Made by a program: the position numbers and the translations under genes. A model generated the notes under the pieces. The model saw nothing but the letters and a program-made list of their open reading frames with translations. It was not told where the DNA came from and searched no databases. A DNA stretch of 29,382 nt, from the IMG/VR virus record IMGVR_UViG_3300032305_000118, positions 1 through 29,382 of that record, one strand, 5' to 3'. Source of the stretch: a virus. Lineage: Duplodnaviria > Caudoviricetes. This document shows, one piece after another, positions 14,984 through 25,660 of this stretch. How positions within the stretch are numbered: the first letter of the stretch is position 1; each line of letters begins with the position of its first letter.

Positions 14984-17900
14984 GGTCCTCGTATGCCCCA
15001 AACACGCTTATCAAATGCCGCTTGATTAGATTCTGTTGCTCTTTTACGTTGTCAAGTAGCTCTTTACGCTCTTTAGGCGACAGTCCTGGCATAGCCCGAT
15101 ATTTGTTAGCTAACTCCCTAGCCGTCTTCAAATCCCCATTTACACCCTTGTTATACATATTTACAATCCCTTGGTCAAAAGGATGTGCTGTTATGTACTC
15201 CATATAGCGCTCTGGGTCATTCTTAAACATATTTAACTTACGCTCTTTGTCTTTGATCTGGTTCTCTACCTTGGAGAACTCCCTTGCGTCAAAGTTAGAC
15301 TTAGCACCAAAGAACATATCAAACGCTAACGTATCCGTCTTAGGATTAAATTCCTTCTGCCCTGTGCCAACCATACCAATGTTGTAAGAGTTGTGTATTA
15401 AACGGGTCAACCCGTCAGCATAGTTATTAGCAAAGAAGTACATGGTGTTTGGACTAAAATCTACCGCACCATTCGTAATGTTTGCGAGCATTTTGGCGGC
15501 ATCTTTGTATAACTCAGGGATGCTATCCCCGCCTGTGTAAGCGTCGCCGCTACGTGTTTGACGGTTATTATAGATTTCACGACCCAAACCATCTAGGTTC
15601 ATTGCATATTCAAAGAACGGTCTAAAGAAAGAAGGCGTTGCGCTGTCCATTGCCCAAGCAGCTGGGTTCTCCCACATGTTGATCCTAGATACTGGGAGGG
15701 GCAAGAACGCATCAAATCCAACGTCTTTTACGTTATTAAACACATCCTTAATAGAACCATTACCCAAACCAAAAGACATTATCTGCGCACCAGCAGAAGC
15801 GAAAGCGCCAAGACCGAAGCCCCAAGGAATTTGGAATATAACATCCGTGCCTGGAATATGGAATCGTGCATAACGCGTCCAGCGGGCTAAGTCATCTGTA
15901 GCTACTTTATTACGTCCCTCGTCGTCCTCTTCGGCTAGCGAAAGCGCCATGAGGTAAATTAATGCACCTGCACCAGCCAAAGACATCAACATTGCCTGAG
16001 CCGAAGCACGTTGTTTAAGCATGTTATTACGAAAAGCTGTTACTGCTTCTTGGTCGTTTCGAACTGATTCTGGTAATCCAGCTATAGATGCATCAATATT
16101 GCGGAACAATGGAACAAGAGCTTCAATAGCACGAACTGCACCTGTAGCCGACGGACGGAAGAACATAAAGATGGCTCCTAGCCCTTTACCCCACACGCCT
16201 ACCTGCTCAAAGTTGGCAAGATTCTTCACATAACCAGCCGCTTTAACTGCTGCTTCGCGTTCTGATAATTGTTCTGGTCCGTTCATATACTTTGCTTTTA
16301 CCACTTGGTAAGCCGCAGTACGGCTAGCAAATTCAAATGAGTTAGTCCAAATATCAATAACACCATCAATACTATCTTTAGTAGCGGCTATTTTTTTACG
16401 ACCTAAATTTTTCTGCATCTGCTGGAACTGACTTTCAGCACCAATACCCGACACGTAAGAAACTTTGCCGCCAAGCTGGATGTATTCGTACATGGCTTTG
16501 ATGTACGGGTCTTTTTCACCAAGCTTTTCAATTGCCCCAAACTCACCTTTTCTGTAAAGGTTAGCTACTTTAATTGCTCTAGCCAAACCACCTTGGGCTA
16601 CCTTGGAGGCAACGGCGCCAACTGTACTAGGACCCATCTCAGCACCCATAGTAAAGGCGTTAGTCAACGTGTCACGTATAAAGTTCATTGGCGCAAAGGC
16701 TACGTTATAGCGAGTATGGAACTGACCCATCAAGCTAGTAATGTTGTTTGCCGCATCAACTAAAGGCTGTGATGTGCGGTATGTACGACGAATAGCTTCA
16801 CGCAACTTAGTGTTGTCAATAGCATAAATTTCTATAGAGCCATCTGGGTTATAGTGAAAGAAAGTGTTTTCACCTGTTGGCAGCGTGTTGTCTTCGCCAA
16901 CTTTATATCTGTCTTTAAACTGGATAGTGGCTATCTTTCTACCACTAAGTAGTTTTTTATCAATAGCGTTCTTAACAGCTAGGGTAATCCCGTACTGTTC
17001 TGTAGTCCCATCTTGGTTGGTATACGTACCGCCACGCCCAGCACGTAAGGCTGCGCGCACTCCGTCAGATAGAGTTTGGAGCAATGGGTTGTTTGACTCG
17101 GATACACGACCCTCAAATGCTTGTTCTTTCTCTTGCAGTTCCCTGCCGTTGTATTTACCATCAAAGTTAAGCATGTCATCAACGACGGACTCTTTCTTGT
17201 CTGGTCTGCCCTTTAAAGGAACGTAGTTCTCAAACCCATAAAAAGCTACAATGTTGCTTACTGGCTGTGACCAATAGTTAGCTTTCTTATTAAGCTCCGT
17301 AGTTGCCTTATGTACTTCCTGTACCGTGGCTCTTATCTGATCTACTATCTCTTTATTAGGAGTGTAGTATTTAGCAAGAGTTTCTTCACGGACGGCTGGG
17401 CGAATACCCGCTACGTTATAGAAGTCAGAGTTCTCATCTAAAGAAAAACTAGACGGCTCGGAGTTTTGACCAAAGCCTTTCTCCTGCTTATTGTTAGCAA
17501 CTAATTCTTCTAACTCTGCGCGCAGTGCGCTAGCAGTATCTTCGTTAATATCAGCAGAGCGTACCAAATCCATGATTGCGTCGCGTTGCATAGCAGCTTC
17601 AGCGTTTAGCGGTACTGTCATTAAATACTTAGCGTGGCGACGTTCGCCTTCGTGCAGCGCAATAAAGATTGCTTGTAGTTCTTTTAATGCTGCGTCTTCA
17701 TCAATGCCACGGGACTTAGAATATTCGCCGACTGCCTTATACATAGCGTTAGACGGGTTGTACATGTTAACAAGGAACTCATCCTCAGCACGCCCAGTAG
17801 ATAAAGAAATCTCTGTGTAGATAGCAGTAGAGTCGTTACCAGAATAGGTAATCTTATTTGCCATAGCCAACAAATCTTCCCAGTTTTTAATTGGGGCGCG

Positions 17901-20900
17901 TTCGTTCTGGAGTAGGCGGACTAGTTCTTTAGCGCCTGGAACGGTTGTAAAAGCTTCTCTTATCTTTTTAACTCTTGGCTCTGGCTGTCCAGGAATAGAG
18001 GCAATCCAATCTTCTGCGTTTTCAAGTCCACGGAGTTCTGGCTTAAGAGTTTCTTTTTGTGCTTTAGCGTCGTACTTAACTGTCTCAGGAACAAACTCAG
18101 TAGTCTCTTGGAACTGACGACCTGTGCCGAGCATAGTATCTACAGAGATAAGGGCTGAAGCTAGGGCATTAAATTTGTCCCCCTCACCAATGCCTAGGAT
18201 ACGTAATACAGTACGGGCAAACTCAGTAAAAGCATTGGTGCGCTTGTAAGGAATCTGTCTTAGCTTCTCTTGGAAACTGCGGTTAGACATGACTTCAGAC
18301 GCAAATTCAGCTAAATCTTCTTTAATGCCATACTCTGTAGCCAGCTCAGGGTTGTTGGTCTTTAGGTAGTTATATAGATCGTTTAGGTCGGCAATACCCT
18401 TATTAACAATCTCACCCTTATCCCAAGCCCTAATCATGGTGGTTGTGTAGCCATGAACCGCTTCGTGCAATACGATGTGTGAGTTAAGAGCGTTCTGAGC
18501 GATGTACATAGTATCTTCGCCAGTGTTGTATGCACCTAGTGCGTCGTCTGGCAGCCTATCTACAACTACAACTGAAGGCAGATTCTTAGCGCTCAGTAAG
18601 CGTTTAGCTACTTCTTTATCTAGCGCAGTGAACTCACCAGAATTATTTTTAACGATTTCGTTCAGCGCACTGCGTAAATCGCCACGCAATATGTGCGCCA
18701 TAAATGCTGGGGTAGTGCCACCAAACATCTCGCCTTCAGCTTTGACAGTCTCACCAAGCTTCTTAAGGCTTTCGTTGTAGGCTTTGATCTTGGCTTCGTT
18801 TTCAGCAATCTGTTTCTTATTAGCTTTGTTGAGTTCTTTACGCTCTTTGCCAGTCATTTCAATTGTTATAGACTCGCCGTACTCATCAAAGTCTTTCTTA
18901 GTTTGATCTTTTTTATCACCGCTAAACTTCTTAAGCCTTTGTTCTTGCGACTTAAGAAAAGCTACCTTGTCGTCTACAAATTTCTTGTTGGCTGGGTTAA
19001 GAGACCCATAGAATAACTGTGCGGATTTACCACCAACATTAGGTAGGTATGGGTTTGAGTTAAACGGTGCGCCGTCAAATAAGTCAGCAGCCAATATGTT
19101 TAGTGCGTTCTTGATGTTGTTATTACCAACAATCATGTAGTTTTGGAACGCCTTACCAGCAGCTTTTTCTTCTTTGCTGAGTGTCTCATCACTATCAATC
19201 TCTTTAGCCAGCTCGGTTTGTTGCTGTCTGTAAGTCTGGGCAAGTTGCACCCCTGCAGTATGCGTAGCTGTACGACGGGCTTCTGGCTCTACATCTAAGC
19301 CTGTTTCTACCTTCTGGTTCATTACCTCTACTGGCTTTTTGCTAGCTGCTTTACGGGCTTTTTCAGCAGCAATTAAGTCCTGAGTAGTTTTGCTAGGGTT
19401 ATATACGGGCGCAGGAGTAGGCTCTTTCTTAGCCTTTGGAGGCTTAACTTCTTTAGGCGCTTCAACTACAGGCGCTTCAGCTACAGCCTCTTCAACTGCT
19501 GGGGCGGCAACTTTGGGCTTAGCAGCGATAACTTCTGGGGTAATAACTTCTTTAGATTGATTTTCAAATTGCTGTCTTAGCAACACAATCTCTTCAGCAC
19601 TTAAATCTTTATCGCCATATCCGTTATCGGATAGCCACTGTACAAACGGTGCATCTGCAATAGCAGATTCTTCAGCAGCTTGTTCTTCAGCTTGTTTTTC
19701 CTGTGCAGCAACTACGGCTTTTTCTGCGGGTTTAGACTCTGGGATTAATGAAGTACGCTGCTCTCCTTCTCCAGCTTGAGTTGCGACTGTAGCACCTCCA
19801 ACGTCAACCACTGAATCGGCGTCAAGTCCTGCAACTGTAGTGGTGGGTATATTTGGTTTGAGTCCTCCAGGTACTGCAGCGCTAACTCCACTTGCTGTAG
19901 CGTCAGGTCTGTTATCACTTGGAATCTCCTCTTTCTTTTTACCAGCAGCGGCTACTTTTGCAAGCGCTTCTTCCTTGCTAACCTTAGCTTTTGTTGGTTC
20001 AGTTGTTTCTGTTACTGTCTTTGCAGGGGTCGGTTCAGTAGCAGTGGTGGGCTTAGCCGCTTCCCGTTGCCCAAAGGCTACGTTCGTAGCACCACTTATT
20101 GCACCGCCGCCGATACCACCTTTAAGTCCTGCATTGATAAACCGCTCAAAGTTCTGTGGGGTAAAGAACTCTTTATTCTCATCAACAAACTTCTCAGCAG
20201 CTGCGGAAGACATCTCTTGCACTGCCTCGGTTGCGCCTTCTGTTGCAAAGCCTGTAAGCACACCTTTACCTGCCCGCTTGTACCACGCACCGATAAGTTC
20301 ATTTTTGGTCAGTCCTGCGCCACTAGCTTTACGTAGTAAGGTCAAAGGAGTAACGGCATCCAGCACGGAGTTAAAGCCACCAAATAATAAGGCAGCGCCA
20401 AGGTCTTCTTGACCTGTTTCCTGGGCTACGTTCTGATAAACCTCTGGAACGTTCTGCGCCGCGGAACCCGCTACTGCACCAGCTGCTTGATACTTAAGCG
20501 CCACCTTACTTGCTGCGTCACGGCCCGCTTTAACAGCCTCTTGTCTCGCTAAATTAACTAATTGGTCTTGAGATAGCTTAGACCCTGAGTACGTTAGCAT
20601 AGTCTTTTGCGCCGCCTCCATGGATGCTTTCTTAGCTGCTTGCTCCGCCGCTACCATTGCACCGCGCCCTGCTATACCTGCTGCACCACCTGTTAGGATA
20701 GACGGAATCATAGACGGAATCAACTCGCCCACAGACTCAATAACATAATTTAGTAAGTCGCCACCACTTTTAATGTCTGTATAGCTAGGCACTGCAGCGG
20801 GATACATCTGCTGGATACGTTGCTGGGCTTCTACAGCCTCTTGCATTTGACGGTTAGCATATTCGCCAGCGCCTTGGATACCTAGCTTTTCACCTACCCG

Positions 20901-21140
20901 CCCAGCCATTGCTGGTGCTACGTCACCTAATAGAGACTGAATACCTAAAGCGCCACGCTTTATAGACGGAATGAAACCAGTTTCTGGGGTAGGGGCGTAC
21001 TCAGGGATTGGCTCTTCCCTTGTTATATCCGAAGAATATGCCTGATTAGCAAATGCTAAAATAGACTGTTCTGGAGTACCTTCTGGGGCTTCTACGTCGT
21101 AGATTTTTCCATTAGGGGCTTCAACGCTATAGATTGGCAT
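14976..21140 (-). CDS. Large polyvalent / internal virion (ejected) protein with a zincin-like metallopeptidase and an LPD38-like C-terminus
   Basis: 2054 aa; Gly/Ala hydrophobic N-terminal helices (EGATEAVQE); A/E/P/K linker; GAY...VLHEAVH...EFASE; C-terminal IPWGFGLG...GREIY. Confidence 0.82.
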   Translation of the reverse strand: MPIYSVEAPNGKIYDVEAPEGTPEQSILAFANQAYSSDITREEPIPEYAPTPETGFIPSIKRGALGIQSLLGDVAPAMAGRVGEKLGIQGAGEYANRQMQEAVEAQQRIQQMYPAAVPSYTDIKSGGDLLNYVIESVGELIPSMIPSILTGGAAGIAGRGAMVAAEQAAKKASMEAAQKTMLTYSGSKLSQDQLVNLARQEAVKAGRDAASKVALKYQAAGAVAGSAAQNVPEVYQNVAQETGQEDLGAALLFGGFNSVLDAVTPLTLLRKASGAGLTKNELIGAWYKRAGKGVLTGFATEGATEAVQEMSSAAAEKFVDENKEFFTPQNFERFINAGLKGGIGGGAISGATNVAFGQREAAKPTTATEPTPAKTVTETTEPTKAKVSKEEALAKVAAAGKKKEEIPSDNRPDATASGVSAAVPGGLKPNIPTTTVAGLDADSVVDVGGATVATQAGEGEQRTSLIPESKPAEKAVVAAQEKQAEEQAAEESAIADAPFVQWLSDNGYGDKDLSAEEIVLLRQQFENQSKEVITPEVIAAKPKVAAPAVEEAVAEAPVVEAPKEVKPPKAKKEPTPAPVYNPSKTTQDLIAAEKARKAASKKPVEVMNQKVETGLDVEPEARRTATHTAGVQLAQTYRQQQTELAKEIDSDETLSKEEKAAGKAFQNYMIVGNNNIKNALNILAADLFDGAPFNSNPYLPNVGGKSAQLFYGSLNPANKKFVDDKVAFLKSQEQRLKKFSGDKKDQTKKDFDEYGESITIEMTGKERKELNKANKKQIAENEAKIKAYNESLKKLGETVKAEGEMFGGTTPAFMAHILRGDLRSALNEIVKNNSGEFTALDKEVAKRLLSAKNLPSVVVVDRLPDDALGAYNTGEDTMYIAQNALNSHIVLHEAVHGYTTTMIRAWDKGEIVNKGIADLNDLYNYLKTNNPELATEYGIKEDLAEFASEVMSNRSFQEKLRQIPYKRTNAFTEFARTVLRILGIGEGDKFNALASALISVDTMLGTGRQFQETTEFVPETVKYDAKAQKETLKPELRGLENAEDWIASIPGQPEPRVKKIREAFTTVPGAKELVRLLQNERAPIKNWEDLLAMANKITYSGNDSTAIYTEISLSTGRAEDEFLVNMYNPSNAMYKAVGEYSKSRGIDEDAALKELQAIFIALHEGERRHAKYLMTVPLNAEAAMQRDAIMDLVRSADINEDTASALRAELEELVANNKQEKGFGQNSEPSSFSLDENSDFYNVAGIRPAVREETLAKYYTPNKEIVDQIRATVQEVHKATTELNKKANYWSQPVSNIVAFYGFENYVPLKGRPDKKESVVDDMLNFDGKYNGRELQEKEQAFEGRVSESNNPLLQTLSDGVRAALRAGRGGTYTNQDGTTEQYGITLAVKNAIDKKLLSGRKIATIQFKDRYKVGEDNTLPTGENTFFHYNPDGSIEIYAIDNTKLREAIRRTYRTSQPLVDAANNITSLMGQFHTRYNVAFAPMNFIRDTLTNAFTMGAEMGPSTVGAVASKVAQGGLARAIKVANLYRKGEFGAIEKLGEKDPYIKAMYEYIQLGGKVSYVSGIGAESQFQQMQKNLGRKKIAATKDSIDGVIDIWTNSFEFASRTAAYQVVKAKYMNGPEQLSEREAAVKAAGYVKNLANFEQVGVWGKGLGAIFMFFRPSATGAVRAIEALVPLFRNIDASIAGLPESVRNDQEAVTAFRNNMLKQRASAQAMLMSLAGAGALIYLMALSLAEEDDEGRNKVATDDLARWTRYARFHIPGTDVIFQIPWGFGLGAFASAGAQIMSFGLGNGSIKDVFNNVKDVGFDAFLPLPVSRINMWENPAAWAMDSATPSFFRPFFEYAMNLDGLGREIYNNRQTRSGDAYTGGDSIPELYKDAAKMLANITNGAVDFSPNTMYFFANNYADGLTRLIHNSYNIGMVGTGQKEFNPKTDTLAFDMFFGAKSNFDAREFSKVENQIKDKERKLNMFKNDPERYMEYITAHPFDQGIVNMYNKGVNGDLKTARELANKYRAMPGLSPKERKELLDNVKEQQNLIKRHLISVFGAYEDLN

Positions 21141-21149
21141 AGGTTTATT

Positions 21150-22985
21150 TTATCTTACGCCAACAATCTTCATACTATTACTTCCACCACTAACTCCATA
21201 TAAAGATGGGTCAGGATCTGGCAAGTCTTTTTTAATCTTGTTTTCTAAAGATTGTTTCTTAGTAAGTAGACTATCATATTTTGCTCTTGCTTCTTTGTCA
21301 TTTGGATTCTTAGCTAATCTTTGTGCGTAAGTTTGCAGCATTCCTAAGTCCATATACTCTGGTCTTTCTAAATACTTGCCTGTTTGTTTTACGCGTTCTT
21401 CTCTTACACTGTTTAACGCATTAGCATATCTAACAGAGTTACCTTGGGCTAATTGATCCTTGCGGAGCTTGGCTAATGTTTCTGCGTTGTAAGCAGTGCC
21501 TAGCATCTTATCGCCAGCAATATCTTGGGTAGCGCGTAATTTTTGTAACTGCGCCAACTGTTGAACGCCTAGCTGACCACCTTTACCAATATTTTCAAAA
21601 GCATATGGTGATGTGCCGCCCAGCATACCTAGACCAGCAGCTAAACCAGCCTGCCATTTATCCATTTCTGCAGCTTTATCAGCCCTAGCTTGACGGTCTC
21701 TGATGTATTTCATCAGGTTAAATGTTTCTTCTTCAGCCTTAGCCTGTGGGGTTTCGGCTGCAGGGGGCGCCGTAGTTACCGCGGGTACGTTTTGGACAGT
21801 CTCTACATCGTCCGCCTTTTGTATTTCTTTTTTAGGTTGTTTTGCTTTTGACTTACCACGATATCCGCTAAATAACTTTTCTCCAGTCATAGGGTCTATG
21901 GTGTATTCGTCAATTTCAGGTCTGGTAAGAGGGACGCCTATATCTGTATATACATCATCAAAGCCACCCATAGTGCCGCCTACTTGAAAACGCTTAACTT
22001 CTCCGCCTTCAGCTAGGTTTACCCCACGGATATAACCTTGAGTTTCTTTAGGTAACTTGCGGATGTCGGCACCAGCAGCTAACCATTTATCTGTAGCCCC
22101 AGGACCCATGTTATAGGCAATCATTGCTAATTTAGGGTCTTGGTAACGGTTTAACAAAATACTAGCGTATTCATCACCCACACGGCGTAATTCGTCTGGG
22201 CTATTGTTTCTTGCGGGTTTAATACCAAAACCTGGGTCTCTTGCTGTAGCGGGCATAACCTGCATCTCGCCTAATGCACCCTTAGATGATGTAAGCAAAT
22301 TACCGTCTTTATCGTAGCGGCGACCGCCACTTTCTCTTTGCATAATTTCGGCGCGTAGACGGTCAACTAGATCGCCTTTATCTTCACTACGACCCGCTTT
22401 AATACCATACCCAGTATTTTTGTTATCAGGCGCAGAAAAAGATTGAAAGCCCGTACCAGCAGTAATACCAACGCCAGCATTGTCAATAACGTTGTTACCC
22501 ATTTCAGAAATTAAGTCAAAAATATTTTGATTTGTCTCATCTTCTTGAGCTTGTTCTATAAGTTCTTGGTAGTCGTCTTCTGCGTCTACATCGCCGCCTT
22601 CATCAAAGGCAATAATGCCCCCGCCAGCCATTTGCATAGGGGGTACGGGATTCTGGGCGATGCCTACATCTTCTGGTAACTGTGGAGCCTGAGCCATCAT
22701 CGGTTGTTGCATTTGTTGTGGTGCTGGATTCTCGTCTTGAGCAATTTTCATCATGTCTTGTTCCATGACGCTAGGCATCTGTCCACCACCACTTTGGGCT
22801 AAAGCCGCTTGTTTAGCTGCTTGGTCAATCATGTCCGCTTTTGCGCTAATAACCATTGCTACTTCTTCTTGAGAAAGGTCTTTACGCTGCCCCATCTGCA
22901 TAATCAATACTTGAGGTAGCTTGGCTAACTCTTTAATATCTTTTTTCTCTCGGGTATTTCTGTTAATAGCGTCAATAATGCTCAT
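21150..22985 (-). CDS. Internal virion protein with an SLT lytic transglycosylase domain
   Basis: IMQRESGG, SSKGALGEMQVMPATA, AYNMGPG and ETQGY are the SLT motifs. Confidence 0.9.
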   Translation of the reverse strand: MSIIDAINRNTREKKDIKELAKLPQVLIMQMGQRKDLSQEEVAMVISAKADMIDQAAKQAALAQSGGGQMPSVMEQDMMKIAQDENPAPQQMQQPMMAQAPQLPEDVGIAQNPVPPMQMAGGGIIAFDEGGDVDAEDDYQELIEQAQEDETNQNIFDLISEMGNNVIDNAGVGITAGTGFQSFSAPDNKNTGYGIKAGRSEDKGDLVDRLRAEIMQRESGGRRYDKDGNLLTSSKGALGEMQVMPATARDPGFGIKPARNNSPDELRRVGDEYASILLNRYQDPKLAMIAYNMGPGATDKWLAAGADIRKLPKETQGYIRGVNLAEGGEVKRFQVGGTMGGFDDVYTDIGVPLTRPEIDEYTIDPMTGEKLFSGYRGKSKAKQPKKEIQKADDVETVQNVPAVTTAPPAAETPQAKAEEETFNLMKYIRDRQARADKAAEMDKWQAGLAAGLGMLGGTSPYAFENIGKGGQLGVQQLAQLQKLRATQDIAGDKMLGTAYNAETLAKLRKDQLAQGNSVRYANALNSVREERVKQTGKYLERPEYMDLGMLQTYAQRLAKNPNDKEARAKYDSLLTKKQSLENKIKKDLPDPDPSLYGVSGGSNSMKIVGVR

Positions 22986-22993
22986 ATCTGCCC

Positions 22994-23935
22994 TTATCTT
23001 GGAGTGCCAAACATATTATAAAGAGACAGTCCTGTTAAGCCCATACCAGCTAGTTGGCTAGCAAAGCTTGGTGGAGGAGTTGTTTGAGACCCCATAGCGC
23101 CTGTCTGTGTCAGTGGTACACCACGTACTAAGTTATTCATAGTCTCTAGGTTAGTAATTGGGTAGTTCAACTTAGTCATTAAATCTTGATACTGAGCATC
23201 TAACTGCTGTTGCTGAGTAGCACGTTGCAAGTCACCGTATGCACCTTGAGTTTTGAGGCGGTCAATATCTGTAGCTTGCTGAGCAGTACCCAACTGACCG
23301 AATGTTTGACCTAATTGACCATATGTAGATGCGGCTTGTCCGTATCCAGCTGCTTGCGCTGCCTGTGCTTTTTGCGCTGCGTCAAAGGCATTCTGCATAC
23401 CTGTGGCTTGGATATTGCCAAGTTTAGTTTGTAAGTTACGGTCAGCCTCAGACATCATAAGCGCATTACGAGCGCCACCATAAGTGCCTTGTCTAGCTGA
23501 CGCTAAGTTACCAGCCGTTAAACCTTTTTGTGCATCGCGCAACGCCTCAGCTTTATTAACGTCAATAACATTCTGCTGATACGGAGACATAAATGACTGA
23601 ACAGCATTAGGGTCATTAAACCCAGCTAAAGAACCAAGACCAAGGGCATTGGCACCAACACCTAAATTAGCCGCTCCTGTGCCTTGTGCAAACTGTCCAG
23701 GGGTAGCCATACCCTGTAGCTGAGTTCCAATTTGCTGTTGCATTGGAGACAAGCCAGCAATGCGTCCTGAGCCAGCTAACCCAGCTGCTTTAAGTGGGTC
23801 GCCGTAGGTCTCGTTATAACCCTTAGTTAAAAGCGTTTGCGCCGTTGGTAGAATACCGCCAGCACCCGTAATATACGGGCGTAAGACCTCTGGGACGTCT
23901 GTTAATTGTGTTGATATCGAGGTTTGTGTTGGCAT
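22994..23935 (-). CDS. Gln/Ala/Gly-rich internal virion (DNA ejection/pilot) protein
   Basis: FMSPYQQNVID...GTYGGAR...; hydrophobic C-terminal LAGMGLTGLSLY; position among virion core genes. Confidence 0.7.
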   Translation of the reverse strand: MPTQTSISTQLTDVPEVLRPYITGAGGILPTAQTLLTKGYNETYGDPLKAAGLAGSGRIAGLSPMQQQIGTQLQGMATPGQFAQGTGAANLGVGANALGLGSLAGFNDPNAVQSFMSPYQQNVIDVNKAEALRDAQKGLTAGNLASARQGTYGGARNALMMSEADRNLQTKLGNIQATGMQNAFDAAQKAQAAQAAGYGQAASTYGQLGQTFGQLGTAQQATDIDRLKTQGAYGDLQRATQQQQLDAQYQDLMTKLNYPITNLETMNNLVRGVPLTQTGAMGSQTTPPPSFASQLAGMGLTGLSLYNMFGTPR

Positions 23936-23944
23936 GTCAGTCCT

Positions 23945-25660
23945 TTACGCAGGTAGATACTTGCGTGGGTTAATTTGTTTACCCTGCTTAGGGTTTCCAG
24001 TACGAGCTTTGCGCACTTTATCCATCATTGAATATAACTGTTTTGCACCAGCTTTGGAAGAGCCGTTACCTATGTGTGAAACTACATCGGCTGGGATAAC
24101 AAACTCACCATCAGCAAGACGAGCTGGTTGATTTCCATTAATAGTAGCTGGGATGTCATCGCTCATTCCGTCACCGCCACCTGACAAGAATCTTAATCCT
24201 CCACCAGCTGCATAACCTTGACCAAACAATCCTTTTTGCAAGTTACCCTGCATAATTCCACGGGCTTCGTCCATACCAGACTCGTCATCTACTGAGCCAC
24301 CCATAGCGTATAAGGTAGAGTTTTGATTGCTACGACCGTACAAAGTATCTTCTGCACTGCCTCTACCATAATAAGTCTCACCAATTGAAGTGTCTCTATC
24401 AGGGTTTGTACTAAATGGATTCTCACTTACCACTTTTCGTGCATAGTCTGCCTGCCTGTTAATCTCAGCTAACGCTGCATCGTACTCAGCTTGGGCTATA
24501 TTGCCAGCGGCTTTCTGTTGATTTAAAAAGTCACGCTGCGCGTCTAAATCGGAAAGAGTTGTTTCTCCGTAAAGAGCTAATCCAGCCATTGGCAGTGCTT
24601 TTACCCCAGTTTTAGCTGCTAATGCAGCAGCTTCTTTAGCTGTTCCTTCGCCAAGACCTAATAAGTTTAAAGCTCCCTGACCAGTCTTTGCTGCTTCTGA
24701 TACCCCAGTTGTAGGAAGCTCGGTAACATATTTAGTAGTCCCACCTACTGCATCACCAACTTTTGTACCAATTCTGTCTAAGAAAGAAGGAGCAGGTGCG
24801 GGTGGTGGAGGAGGAGTATAGGCTTGTGCCATACCCGCTGTTGGGTCACTAAGAGACCCAGCAAAATCACCTGCTGACGGTGCTGATGATAGGGCAGTTG
24901 GAGCAACATCAAAATATCCAGGATCAACGCCAGTTGGTAGTGATGGTAATCCTGAAGATGCTCCGTCAACTAACGAAGTTGAATAATCCGTTATTGGAAC
25001 AGACTCAGGTAACGCATTAAATGATGATTCTCCACCAGGCGGCACAGCACCACGCATATAATCGCCTAATTCAGACATAGCATAAGCAGTAGCACCGCCG
25101 ACCATAGCACCTTGAAGATTAAAGTTTCCGCCTTTACGCATTACTCCAGAGCCTCTAGCCGCACCATAAGCCACTTGTAATGGTACTGGAGCACCCGTTG
25201 CTGAAAGAGCTATTTGCCCAACCGTACCCCAACCGCCTGGAATAGTTTTTCCTACAGCCTTATCAAAACTTGCAAGACCTGCACTAACAGGCTTAACAAC
25301 CGCTTTTTCTATAGGCTGAAATATTTGAGTGCCTACATTATTAAGGGCTTTATTAATATCGCCAACTACAGGAGTTGTATTGATTGTTTTGCTAAGGCTG
25401 CTGCCAGGATTTAGTGGGTTTAATTGCCCAATAGCTTTTGTAACAGGTTTAGTAACAGCTTGAAACGCTTTTTTAATAAAAAACTCAGGAAGACCTGTTT
25501 GGGGGTTAATGGTGCCAGAACCACCCATAGCTTTAAGCATTCTGGCTTCGTCCGAACTAATGTGCGCTACTACGTCATCGCCATAACGACCGTATTTAGG
25601 TAGCTCTTGGGCTAATGATTTAAGTCCATAGGCTTGACTGCCTTTTGCGTAGTCATTCAT
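23945..25660 (-). CDS. Putative internal virion protein with tape-measure-like motifs
   Basis: N-terminal GRYGDDVVAHI...GGSGTINPQTGLPEF; C-terminal GDGMSDDIPA...LADGEFVIPADVV. Confidence 0.7.
   Translation of the reverse strand: MNDYAKGSQAYGLKSLAQELPKYGRYGDDVVAHISSDEARMLKAMGGSGTINPQTGLPEFFIKKAFQAVTKPVTKAIGQLNPLNPGSSLSKTINTTPVVGDINKALNNVGTQIFQPIEKAVVKPVSAGLASFDKAVGKTIPGGWGTVGQIALSATGAPVPLQVAYGAARGSGVMRKGGNFNLQGAMVGGATAYAMSELGDYMRGAVPPGGESSFNALPESVPITDYSTSLVDGASSGLPSLPTGVDPGYFDVAPTALSSAPSAGDFAGSLSDPTAGMAQAYTPPPPPAPAPSFLDRIGTKVGDAVGGTTKYVTELPTTGVSEAAKTGQGALNLLGLGEGTAKEAAALAAKTGVKALPMAGLALYGETTLSDLDAQRDFLNQQKAAGNIAQAEYDAALAEINRQADYARKVVSENPFSTNPDRDTSIGETYYGRGSAEDTLYGRSNQNSTLYAMGGSVDDESGMDEARGIMQGNLQKGLFGQGYAAGGGLRFLSGGGDGMSDDIPATINGNQPARLADGEFVIPADVVSHIGNGSSKAGAKQLYSMMDKVRKARTGNPKQGKQINPRKYLPA

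Noticed and set aside
19380-20060. Repetitive-looking DNA in the giant gene
   Set aside because: Low-complexity Ala/Glu/Pro/Lys linker coding rather than a true tandem repeat or DGR variable region; no reverse transcriptase in the window
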